From: an uncultured SAR86 cluster bacterium
GTDB lineage: Bacteria > Pseudomonadota > Gammaproteobacteria > Magnimaribacterales > Magnimaribacteraceae
Direction of reading: 5' to 3'
DNA length: 64,000 nt
NCBI GenBank assembly: GCA_902574355.1
Contig: CACGNN010000007.1
Coordinates: 1,721 to 65,720, forward strand
Below, piece by piece: positions 1-7,138 of the stretch (its first letter is position 1; each line of letters opens with the position of its first letter). Under the pieces are notes generated by a model that saw only the letters and a program-made list of their open reading frames with translations, searched no databases and was not told the origin of the DNA. A program made the position numbers and the translations under genes.

Positions 1-672
1 GGCATTGAAACAGATCTTGCAAATTTACCAAATATTCAAAGAAAGATAATGTCTAACTGTGCAAAATACGGAGTGAGGTCTATTGTTGCAACTCACCTTC
101 TAGAATCAATGATTGATAATCCTACACCCACAAGAGCAGAGGTTACCGATGTTGCAAATGCAATTTATGAAGGTGCTGATGCGGTTATGCTTTCGGGTGA
201 GACCACTATCGGGAAATATCCAATTGAGTCTGTAAAATTTATATCAAGAATTGCGAAGCAAACCGAAAAATATAGAACTCTTGGCTATGAAAGCCAACTA
301 ATATCAAAAACAGACTGGCAGCATCTTGGAGTGGCAGCAAAGGATATTGCTGAATCTATCAAGGCTGATGGGATTATTGCAATTACTAGATCAGGTCAAA
401 CTGCTGAAATTGTAGCTAATGCTAAACCTTTTATGATCCCTATATTTGCATTTAGCAATAATAAAAAAACCATTAAACAATTGTCTTTAACTGGTTCAGT
501 TCATGCCTATAAATCATCTATGTATTCAGATCACGAAAAAAACCTTCAATCAATTATGAAAATTTTAAAGAAGGAACTTTCACCCACAAGAGAGTTAAAA
601 TTTGTTGTGATTTCTGGAATTCTTTCAGAAAATTCTGCTGATGCGATAGAAGTAAGATCATTGAATGCTTAA
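1..672 (+). CDS. pyk: pyruvate kinase, C-terminal ~220 aa (5' end lies upstream of the window)
   Basis: The frame is open from base 1 (GIETDLANLPNIQRKI precedes the tracked Met at 49). ATHLLESMIDNPTPTRAEVTDVANAIYEGADAVMLSGETTIGKYP is the conserved pyruvate kinase core, followed by the C-terminal regulatory domain. Confidence 0.9.
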   Translation, partial: GIETDLANLPNIQRKIMSNCAKYGVRSIVATHLLESMIDNPTPTRAEVTDVANAIYEGADAVMLSGETTIGKYPIESVKFISRIAKQTEKYRTLGYESQLISKTDWQHLGVAAKDIAESIKADGIIAITRSGQTAEIVANAKPFMIPIFAFSNNKKTIKQLSLTGSVHAYKSSMYSDHEKNLQSIMKILKKELSPTRELKFVVISGILSENSADAIEVRSLNA

Positions 673-755
673 TATAAAACAGGCTGAGTTATTAGGATAA
701 AGTATTATTTAGATAAGACTTTAATCTTTATTTTATACCTATAAACTTATCTGTA

Positions 756-2111
756 ATGACTCAATCTATAGTCGAAAGACTAACTTTGAAAACAAGGATA
801 GGCTATGGGATAGGAGATATAGCAATTTGTTTATACTGGAGTGGTGTAGGCTTATATCTTCTATATTTTTATACTGACGTTGTTGGTATCTCTGGATCCT
901 TAGCAGGTTTGATTTATTTTATTGGGATGGCTTGGGATGCCGCCACTGACCCATTCATGGGTTACATAGCTGAAAGAACAAGAACAAAATGGGGTGTTTA
1001 TCGTCCATATTTATTGTTTGGGAATATTCCTTTGGCTTTGTCATTTGTTTTATTATTTTGGGTTCCACCTCTAGAAGGCTCTTCACTATTCTTTTTTCTT
1101 TTATTCGCAAATTTATTGCATAGGACTTGCTTTACTTTAGTAAGCGTTCCATTTTCATCTCTCACCCCTAGGATAACTTCTGACAGTCAAGAAAGGACCA
1201 ATTTGACCGGCTTTAGAATGCTAGGAGCCCAAACTGGAACAAACCTGATGGCTCTTTTAGCTTTTCCGATTATTTTTTGGGTTGGAGGAGAGGATGAAAG
1301 TATGGGGTTTATATTTTTAGCTTCTGTAGCTGGAATAACTGCCATACTCATTCACTCAATTACATTTTTAACAGTAAAAGAACCAGATAATGATCAGGGT
1401 ATAGAGAGAGTTGGTGGAAGTCTTGCTGACGCAGCAAAGGCAATCAGAAGGAATAAACCCTTTTGGCTAGTTTTTTCCGCAACTTTAATCGTAGGTATAA
1501 CAACTATATTTTTTGGAAATAACCTCATCTATTACACGAAGTACGCTTTAGATCTGCATGAGCACCAAGGAACAATTTTATTCACTAGTGGCATAGTAGC
1601 TTTTTTAAGCATACCAATTTGGTGGATCATTTCTAATAGATTAGGAAAGAAAATTACATGGTTAATCTCAAGCACAGTAACTTTATCTTCTTTAATATTA
1701 TTTTATTTCTATGATATTAAGACACTCAATGAGTTACTTTTTTTAGTTGCCTTTATTGGTTTTGGCAGCGGCGCAGGAGGCATTTTATTTTGGTCCATGC
1801 TTCCAGATACCATTGAATACGGTGAAGTACTTACAGGGGTTAGGAGCGAGTCATCATTATATGGATTTATGACGTTTGCTCAAAAAGGGTCTATAGCAAT
1901 AGCGGTTCTGATACTTGGTTGGGTTTTGGATGCAATTGGTTACCAGGCAAATCAAGCTATGTCGGAAGGTACTATTGATAATATGAAAATCATAATGACT
2001 CTGATACCCATATTAGGCATCTCTTGCAGTCTTATAATAATCTATTTCTATCCTATAGATTCAAAAATGCACAAGGACCTATTGAGACAACTTCAAAAGG
2101 AAGAAATATGA
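756..2111 (+). CDS. glycoside-pentoside-hexuronide (GPH) family cation symporter (MelB/YicJ-like)
   Basis: 451-aa polytopic membrane protein. Loop 2-3 carries the GPH signature DAATDPFMGYIAERTRTKWGVYRPY. Its stop overlaps the next start (ATGA at 2108..2111). Confidence 0.85.
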   Translation: MTQSIVERLTLKTRIGYGIGDIAICLYWSGVGLYLLYFYTDVVGISGSLAGLIYFIGMAWDAATDPFMGYIAERTRTKWGVYRPYLLFGNIPLALSFVLLFWVPPLEGSSLFFFLLFANLLHRTCFTLVSVPFSSLTPRITSDSQERTNLTGFRMLGAQTGTNLMALLAFPIIFWVGGEDESMGFIFLASVAGITAILIHSITFLTVKEPDNDQGIERVGGSLADAAKAIRRNKPFWLVFSATLIVGITTIFFGNNLIYYTKYALDLHEHQGTILFTSGIVAFLSIPIWWIISNRLGKKITWLISSTVTLSSLILFYFYDIKTLNELLFLVAFIGFGSGAGGILFWSMLPDTIEYGEVLTGVRSESSLYGFMTFAQKGSIAIAVLILGWVLDAIGYQANQAMSEGTIDNMKIIMTLIPILGISCSLIIIYFYPIDSKMHKDLLRQLQKEEI

Positions 2112-4105
2112 AAATAATTAAATGGGGAATATTAGGTACTGGTTCAATAGCAAAAGCTTTCGCAGATGCTTTAAAAGAAACTGAAGGTGAATTAGTTGCT
2201 GTAGCCAGTAGTACTGAATTAAGGGCGAAAGAATTTTGTGTACCATATGGTTGTAAGCCAATAGAAGGTCATCACAATTTAATTTCAATGCCAGAAATTG
2301 ATGCTATTTACGTAGCAACGCCTCACACAAGTCACTTTGAACTTACAGCCGAATGCCTAAAAAATAAAAAAGCAGTTCTTTGTGAAAAGCCTATGACTAT
2401 TAATGCGACCGAAACAATGGCTCTTATAGATCTATCTAGAAAAAATAACACACTTCTGATGGAAGCATTTATGTACAAAACACACCCACAAACCAAAAAA
2501 ATAATGGAGATTATTCAAGAGAAGTTAAATGCTCCATTAGATATAAGTGCTGAATTTTGCTTTTCAGTTGATGTCCCAGAAACTCACAGACTGGTTAATC
2601 GTGAATTAGGTGGCGGATCTATTTTAGATATCGGATGTTATCCAGTTTCCATGTCACGACATGCTGTAGGGGCTGTAAATGGTAAAAACTTTTTAAATCC
2701 GATTTCAATAGAAGGAGAGGGAGAGTTAAATTCTCAAGAAATAGATCTAAATGCTTCAGCAATTTTAAAGTTTGAAGATGAATCAATTGCTAAGATAAAG
2801 TCAGCTACCAATCTGAGCACGGAGAGTGATGTAAGAATTACAGATGGAAGAAATACTATTTTAGTCAATCAACCTTGGCATTGTGGAGAATTTACAGACA
2901 GAAAATCCCAATTAAAAATAATAGATAAAGAAGGTAATGAAGAGGAGATTGATATTTCAACTGATAAAGGAATTTATGCATTAGAAATAGATCATTTTTC
3001 AGAAATTTTTCATGCCCAATCTACCGAATCGTCGTTAATTCCGCATAATGATTCTCATGGCAATATGATCGCTCTGGATACATGGAGAAAAGATTTAAGG
3101 GTTGTTTACGATGAAGATAGGGGGGAAAGGAGAAAGTTTCCCATCATTTCAGACAAAATTCCAAGAGAAATACTTCCAGCTCTAAAGATTCCTGGAATTG
3201 ATAAAGAATTATCTCGTTTAGTATTTGGTTGCGATAATCAATCCGATACTAATCATGCATTTGCTATGTTTGATCACTTTTATATGAAAGGAGGAAATGT
3301 TTTTGATACAGCTTATATCTACAATAATGGAAAAAGTGATTATTACCTAGGAAGTTGGATTAGATCCCGGAACTTGAGAGAACAAGTTGTAATTCTTGGA
3401 AAAGGGGCACATACACCCGATTGCGAACCGGATAAAATTAGGCCGCAGTTAGAGGAAACTTTAAATAGAATGTCCTCTGATTATCTGGATATCTATTGCT
3501 TGCATAGAGATAACGACTCTTTACCAGTTGAAGGTTTTATTGATACTTTAAATGATCTCAAAGATGAAGGACTGATAAAGGTTTTTGGTGCATCAAATTG
3601 GTCATTAAAAAGGTTTAAAGAAGCGAATAACTATGCTCTATCCAATGGAAAGGAGCCCTTTACTATTTTGAGTAATAATTTCAGTCTTGCACGAATGAAC
3701 AATCCTGTTTGGCCAGGATGTTACAGCTGTTCTGATGATGAATACGTTGAATATCTTACTGATAGTCAGATTGCTATTTTTCCTTGGTCCAGTCAAGCTA
3801 GAGGTTTTTTTCTAGATTCTCAAGAATTTTCTGGATTAAGACATGTCGCTGATCCAAACAGAGAAGAGCAAGAAAGGGTCTGGGGAAGCAAAGAAAACAA
3901 AGAAAGACGAAAAAGATGTTTTGAGTTAGCTTCTAAAAAGTCAGTTGCTCCAATTCAGTTAGCTCTTTCATTTGTACTTAACCAGAAGTTTCCATCTTTT
4001 CCATTAATAGGTCCTAGAAATTTCTTTGAAACTGAAAGTTCGTTAGAAGCGATCAAAATTGATTTAACCTACGAAGAAATCTCTTGGCTTGATTTAAATT
4101 CTTAA
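2108..4105 (+). CDS. two-domain fusion: Gfo/Idh/MocA-family NAD(P) oxidoreductase (N-terminal) + aldo-keto reductase (C-terminal)
   Basis: The tracked ORF starts at 2024 inside the transporter gene; the ATG at 2108 is the credible start (MKIIKWGILGTGSIAKAF Rossmann motif, CEKPM EKP motif). The first ~340 aa look Gfo/Idh/MocA-like. The last ~290 aa (LVFGCDNQ, GGNVFDTAYIYNNGKSD, LGKGAH, CLHRD) look AKR-like. Confidence 0.8.
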   Translation: MKIIKWGILGTGSIAKAFADALKETEGELVAVASSTELRAKEFCVPYGCKPIEGHHNLISMPEIDAIYVATPHTSHFELTAECLKNKKAVLCEKPMTINATETMALIDLSRKNNTLLMEAFMYKTHPQTKKIMEIIQEKLNAPLDISAEFCFSVDVPETHRLVNRELGGGSILDIGCYPVSMSRHAVGAVNGKNFLNPISIEGEGELNSQEIDLNASAILKFEDESIAKIKSATNLSTESDVRITDGRNTILVNQPWHCGEFTDRKSQLKIIDKEGNEEEIDISTDKGIYALEIDHFSEIFHAQSTESSLIPHNDSHGNMIALDTWRKDLRVVYDEDRGERRKFPIISDKIPREILPALKIPGIDKELSRLVFGCDNQSDTNHAFAMFDHFYMKGGNVFDTAYIYNNGKSDYYLGSWIRSRNLREQVVILGKGAHTPDCEPDKIRPQLEETLNRMSSDYLDIYCLHRDNDSLPVEGFIDTLNDLKDEGLIKVFGASNWSLKRFKEANNYALSNGKEPFTILSNNFSLARMNNPVWPGCYSCSDDEYVEYLTDSQIAIFPWSSQARGFFLDSQEFSGLRHVADPNREEQERVWGSKENKERRKRCFELASKKSVAPIQLALSFVLNQKFPSFPLIGPRNFFETESSLEAIKIDLTYEEISWLDLNS

Positions 4106-4149
4106 ACAATAAAATAATTCTTTTATAAAAATAAATTTATTGATATTCT

Positions 4150-4378
4150 CTATGTAGGCGTCCCACATTCAATTTAACACGAGGGGAATTGAATTTGTGG
4201 ATCTTTATTACCCTCTACAGGAGGTGATCACTATTAGTATTTATTTTAGAAGAGGAACAACAGGAGTATCCTTCTGACACGGGTTACCCCCGGTTCCGGC
4301 TAACAATTTAAACAGTTAGTTGAAAAGTAGTTGAGATACGCTTTTCGGAATCCCCGCTCTAGGGTGGGGATTTTTTTT
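4150..4378 (+). ncRNA. candidate structured small RNA (possible Csr/Rsm-type CsrA sponge); boundaries approximate
   Basis: Non-coding gap with no credible ORF. Extended -10-like TGATATTCT at 4141..4149. Stacked hairpins at 4163-4200, 4207-4228, 4246-4277, 4280-4292, 4300-4319 and 4322-4346. Seven GGA motifs, two of them loop-exposed CAGGAG. Ends in a strong + strand intrinsic terminator. No match to recalled tmRNA, RNase P, SRP or 6S motifs. Confidence 0.4.
4349..4378 (+). terminator. Rho-independent terminator, + strand orientation
   Basis: AATCCCC-gctctagggt-GGGGATT stem-loop followed by a run of eight T (4371..4378). On the minus strand the stem is followed by TTCCGAAAAG (not U-rich), so it is mainly a + strand terminator. 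The T-run overlaps the stop codon of the minus-strand cupin gene. Confidence 0.75.
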
Positions 4379-4775
4379 ACTTTCTAGCACCCTCACTATC
4401 GAAAACTCTCAGATAAATAAGCTGCTCGAGTTTAGATGTATTTTTAACTTTAACGTAGTCACCTTCTTCAGCTAAGATGATATTTCCTGCAGTTATAGTC
4501 AGCTCAGCTTTATGTTCAATGCCAAAACTAGGGTTTGTTCCATGACCAGCTTCGTGATTTGCATACTCCACGACTTCCATTTCACCAACACCAGATAAAA
4601 ACACGTAAACAACTTCGGATTCAATCAGTCTATGTCCACCGGTAGATCCATTCGGGTCTATGATAGTTTTACTCGCAACAAGTTTTTCTAAAATAGTGTT
4701 CGTATATACTTTGTAAGTATTTTCGCTTCTCCAAAGATTTTCTCCGACCTGAAAGTTTTCGTATTTTTTTGCCAT
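4377..4775 (-). CDS. small cupin-fold protein, function unknown
   Basis: 132 aa, beta-rich, with the cupin-like core GSTGGHRLIESEVVYVFLSGVGEMEV ... ITAGNIILAEEGDYVKVKN. The metal-ligand motif is degenerate. Confidence 0.6.
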   Translation of the reverse strand: MAKKYENFQVGENLWRSENTYKVYTNTILEKLVASKTIIDPNGSTGGHRLIESEVVYVFLSGVGEMEVVEYANHEAGHGTNPSFGIEHKAELTITAGNIILAEEGDYVKVKNTSKLEQLIYLRVFDSEGARK

Positions 4776-4863
4776 ATCTATAAAAGTTAAAACTATATTC
4801 TAGCATTACTTCCTCTTTACTGTTTAGTTACTTGCACTATAAGATCTACTCAGGAGAGATTAA

Positions 4864-6489
4864 ATGAGAGCAAGAAAATTTTGGGGATGGGGTTATGAAG
4901 ATGAACTTCTTACTTTAGAAGAAGAAAATAATATAGATAAGCGTATAGCAAAAACTTTTGAATTAGATTCTGTAGAAAGAATAGAAATACCAAAAATAGA
5001 AAATGTAAATCTACCTGAGTCCTCACTAAAGAGTCCAAATAGTCTTAAGGCTATTGTCTCAAATGATAAATTGGAGAGACTTAATCATACCTATGGAAAA
5101 TCTTTCCCGGACTCAGCAAGATCCATATTAGGTCAATTTCCAGCACCTCCCGATTTTGTAGCTTTTCCCGATTCTGAAGAAGATATAACAAATATACTAG
5201 ACTGGGCGTCTTCAAATGATATAGCAGTTATTCCTTACGGTGGAGGCTCCAGTGTATGTGGAGGAGTTGAGACTAATGTTGGTGATGATTACAACGGAGT
5301 TATTTCTTTAGATATGAAAAATCTTAATTCTATTATTGAGATAGATAGAGATAGCAGAACAGCTCTTATACAAGGAGGAATTCTTGGTCCAGATCTTGAA
5401 GGTCAGCTTAAAGAACATGATCTTACAATGCGTCATTATCCTCAAAGTTTTGAGTTCTCCACTCTCGGAGGATGGATAGCAACTAGATCTGGTGGACATT
5501 ATGCTACTTTATATACCCATATAGATGATTTTGTTGAGTCCTTGAAGATGATTACTCCTTCGGGTTTATTTGAATCTAGAAGATTGCCAGGATCTGGTGC
5601 TGGCCCAAGCCCTGATAGGTTAGCTATTGGATCTGAGGGTATCATGGGTGTAATAACTGAAGCATCAATGCGTCTGCAAGACAGACCTACTTATCGATCT
5701 TCTTGCACAGTTGAATTTACCGACTATACAAATGCATTAAGTGCCCTAAGACACATTAGCCAAGCTGGTTTATTTCCAGCAAATTGTAGGTTATTAGATT
5801 CAAATGAAGCCTTATTCAATGGTGCTGGAGATGGGTCTAAACACCTATTAATTATAGCTTTTGAATCTGCTGATCATGACAAAAGTCATTCGCTAAGAAG
5901 AGCTTTAGAAATAGTTGAAGAATATGAAGGCATTTTTGAAGAACCAAAAGAATTGAAAGACGCACATAGAAGCGGATCATCTGGCAGTTGGAGAAGTAGC
6001 TTTATTAGGGCACCTTATTTAAGAGAAAGCTTTACTAGAAGAGGTATTATTCAAGACACATTTGAAACAGCAATAACTTGGGATAAAAGTCATACATTTA
6101 TAGAAAATATCAAAGAACAGACTGCTCAAGCAATTTTAGAAATAACTGGAAAGCCTTCACTAGTAACTTGTCGTATCACTCATAGCTATCCAGATGGATT
6201 GGCTCCTTATTTTACTTTTGGAGCTTTCTCTACTCCCAAATCTATGATGGAAATTTGGAAAGAAATAAAGCTAGCTACTAATGAAATTTGTACTACTAAC
6301 CAAGGGACAGTAACTCATCACCATGCAGTAGGAAGAGATCATCGTCCTAAAGGTTATGATGACCAAAGACCAGATCTTTTCAATAAAGTTTTAGTAGCAG
6401 CTAAATCATCTCTAGATCCCAAAGGAATAATGAATCCCGGCGTTTTAATAGATCCTGAGGGAAAAAATATAAGTAACTGGATGGCATGA
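4864..6489 (+). CDS. FAD-linked oxidase, alkyl-dihydroxyacetonephosphate synthase (AGPS)-like
   Basis: 541 aa. The N-terminal FWGWGYED and the PCMH-type FAD-binding segment (AVIPYGGGSSVCGG) are typical of AGPS / D-lactate dehydrogenase-type FAD oxidases. C-terminal THHHAVGRDH. Confidence 0.8.
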   Translation: MRARKFWGWGYEDELLTLEEENNIDKRIAKTFELDSVERIEIPKIENVNLPESSLKSPNSLKAIVSNDKLERLNHTYGKSFPDSARSILGQFPAPPDFVAFPDSEEDITNILDWASSNDIAVIPYGGGSSVCGGVETNVGDDYNGVISLDMKNLNSIIEIDRDSRTALIQGGILGPDLEGQLKEHDLTMRHYPQSFEFSTLGGWIATRSGGHYATLYTHIDDFVESLKMITPSGLFESRRLPGSGAGPSPDRLAIGSEGIMGVITEASMRLQDRPTYRSSCTVEFTDYTNALSALRHISQAGLFPANCRLLDSNEALFNGAGDGSKHLLIIAFESADHDKSHSLRRALEIVEEYEGIFEEPKELKDAHRSGSSGSWRSSFIRAPYLRESFTRRGIIQDTFETAITWDKSHTFIENIKEQTAQAILEITGKPSLVTCRITHSYPDGLAPYFTFGAFSTPKSMMEIWKEIKLATNEICTTNQGTVTHHHAVGRDHRPKGYDDQRPDLFNKVLVAAKSSLDPKGIMNPGVLIDPEGKNISNWMA

Positions 6490-6544
6490 CTATAGAAAAA
6501 ATTTAGATAATCTGGCAAAATTGAATGTATAAACGGGAGGGTTT

Positions 6545-7123
6545 ATGTCAAAACAAGCAACTTTTACTGAAATGCTAAATGGTACTGCCGAAGATTATGC
6601 AATCATCGGTAGAGAAACTTCTGAATATGCAAAAAATTTACCGGATAGGATATTAGAACATCTAGCCATTTTAAAGGGTGATACTGGTGGTTTTGCTGTT
6701 GATCGTTTTACTCATTGTTTACAAACAGCAACAAGAGCATATAAAGATGGAAGAGATGAAGAATACGTTGTTTGTGCCTTACTCCATGACATTGGAGATA
6801 CTTTGGCTTCGGCAAATCATGCAGACCTAGCTGCCACAATGTTACAACCGTTTGTTTCTGAAGAAAACTACTGGATTGTGAAACATCATGGAATTTTCCA
6901 AGGCTACTACTTCTTTGACTTTTTAGGACTGGATAAAAATATGAGAGATGAGTACAGAGATAGTCCTTACTGGCATGCTTGTGCTGAATTTTGTGCAAAA
7001 TATGATCAAAATTCTTTTGATCCAGAATATGAATGTATGTCCATCGAAGAGTTTGAGCCGATGGTGAGGAATGTATTTGCCAAACCAAGAAACTCTATCT
7101 ATAAAGCAAGAGATTACGCTTAA
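6545..7123 (+). CDS. HD-domain metalloprotein (candidate MIOX/PhnZ-type diiron oxygenase or phosphohydrolase)
   Basis: 192 aa. HD dyad in LLHDIGD, plus extra conserved-looking ligands: H57 (FTHCLQTA), H92 (ANHADL), H114/H115 (KHHGIF) and D154 (AKYDQNSF). Confidence 0.7.
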   Translation: MSKQATFTEMLNGTAEDYAIIGRETSEYAKNLPDRILEHLAILKGDTGGFAVDRFTHCLQTATRAYKDGRDEEYVVCALLHDIGDTLASANHADLAATMLQPFVSEENYWIVKHHGIFQGYYFFDFLGLDKNMRDEYRDSPYWHACAEFCAKYDQNSFDPEYECMSIEEFEPMVRNVFAKPRNSIYKARDYA

Positions 7124-7138
7124 TCACAACTCGCTTCT

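Noticed and set aside
2024-2107. N-terminal extensions of tracked ORFs (2024..2107, 22840..22932, 22891..22914, 61907..62002, 39219..39248, 10484..10498)
   Set aside because: Each extension overlaps the neighbouring gene or the divergent promoter, has atypical composition, and precedes an internal Met with a proper Shine-Dalgarno and the canonical family N-terminus. The shorter starts were adopted.
4060-4150. GacA/UvrY upstream activating box (TGTAAG-N6-CTTACA) ahead of the candidate Csr-type sRNA
   Set aside because: I looked for it and found no such palindrome upstream of the putative promoter. If the RNA is a CsrA sponge, its control would differ from the canonical Gac/Bar-Uvr circuit. 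This weakens the sRNA hypothesis but does not eliminate it.
4223-4276. Short GTG-initiated ORF (17 codons) after the AGGAGG at 4219..4224
   Set aside because: There is no spacer between the Shine-Dalgarno-like sequence and the GTG, the product is tiny, and the AGGAGG is better explained as a GGA-containing loop/stem of the structured RNA.
4106-4376. Riboswitch or known housekeeping RNA (tmRNA, RNase P, SRP/4.5S, 6S) in the long gap
   Set aside because: A riboswitch is unlikely: the element is followed by its own terminator and then an opposite-strand gene, so there is no downstream + strand gene to control. I could not find the conserved cores I remember for tmRNA (GGGGCUGA ... CCACCA), RNase P (GAGGAAAGUCC), SRP (GGUCCGGAAGGAAGCAGCC), or the TPP, cobalamin, FMN or glycine riboswitches. 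This is recall only, not a covariance-model search.
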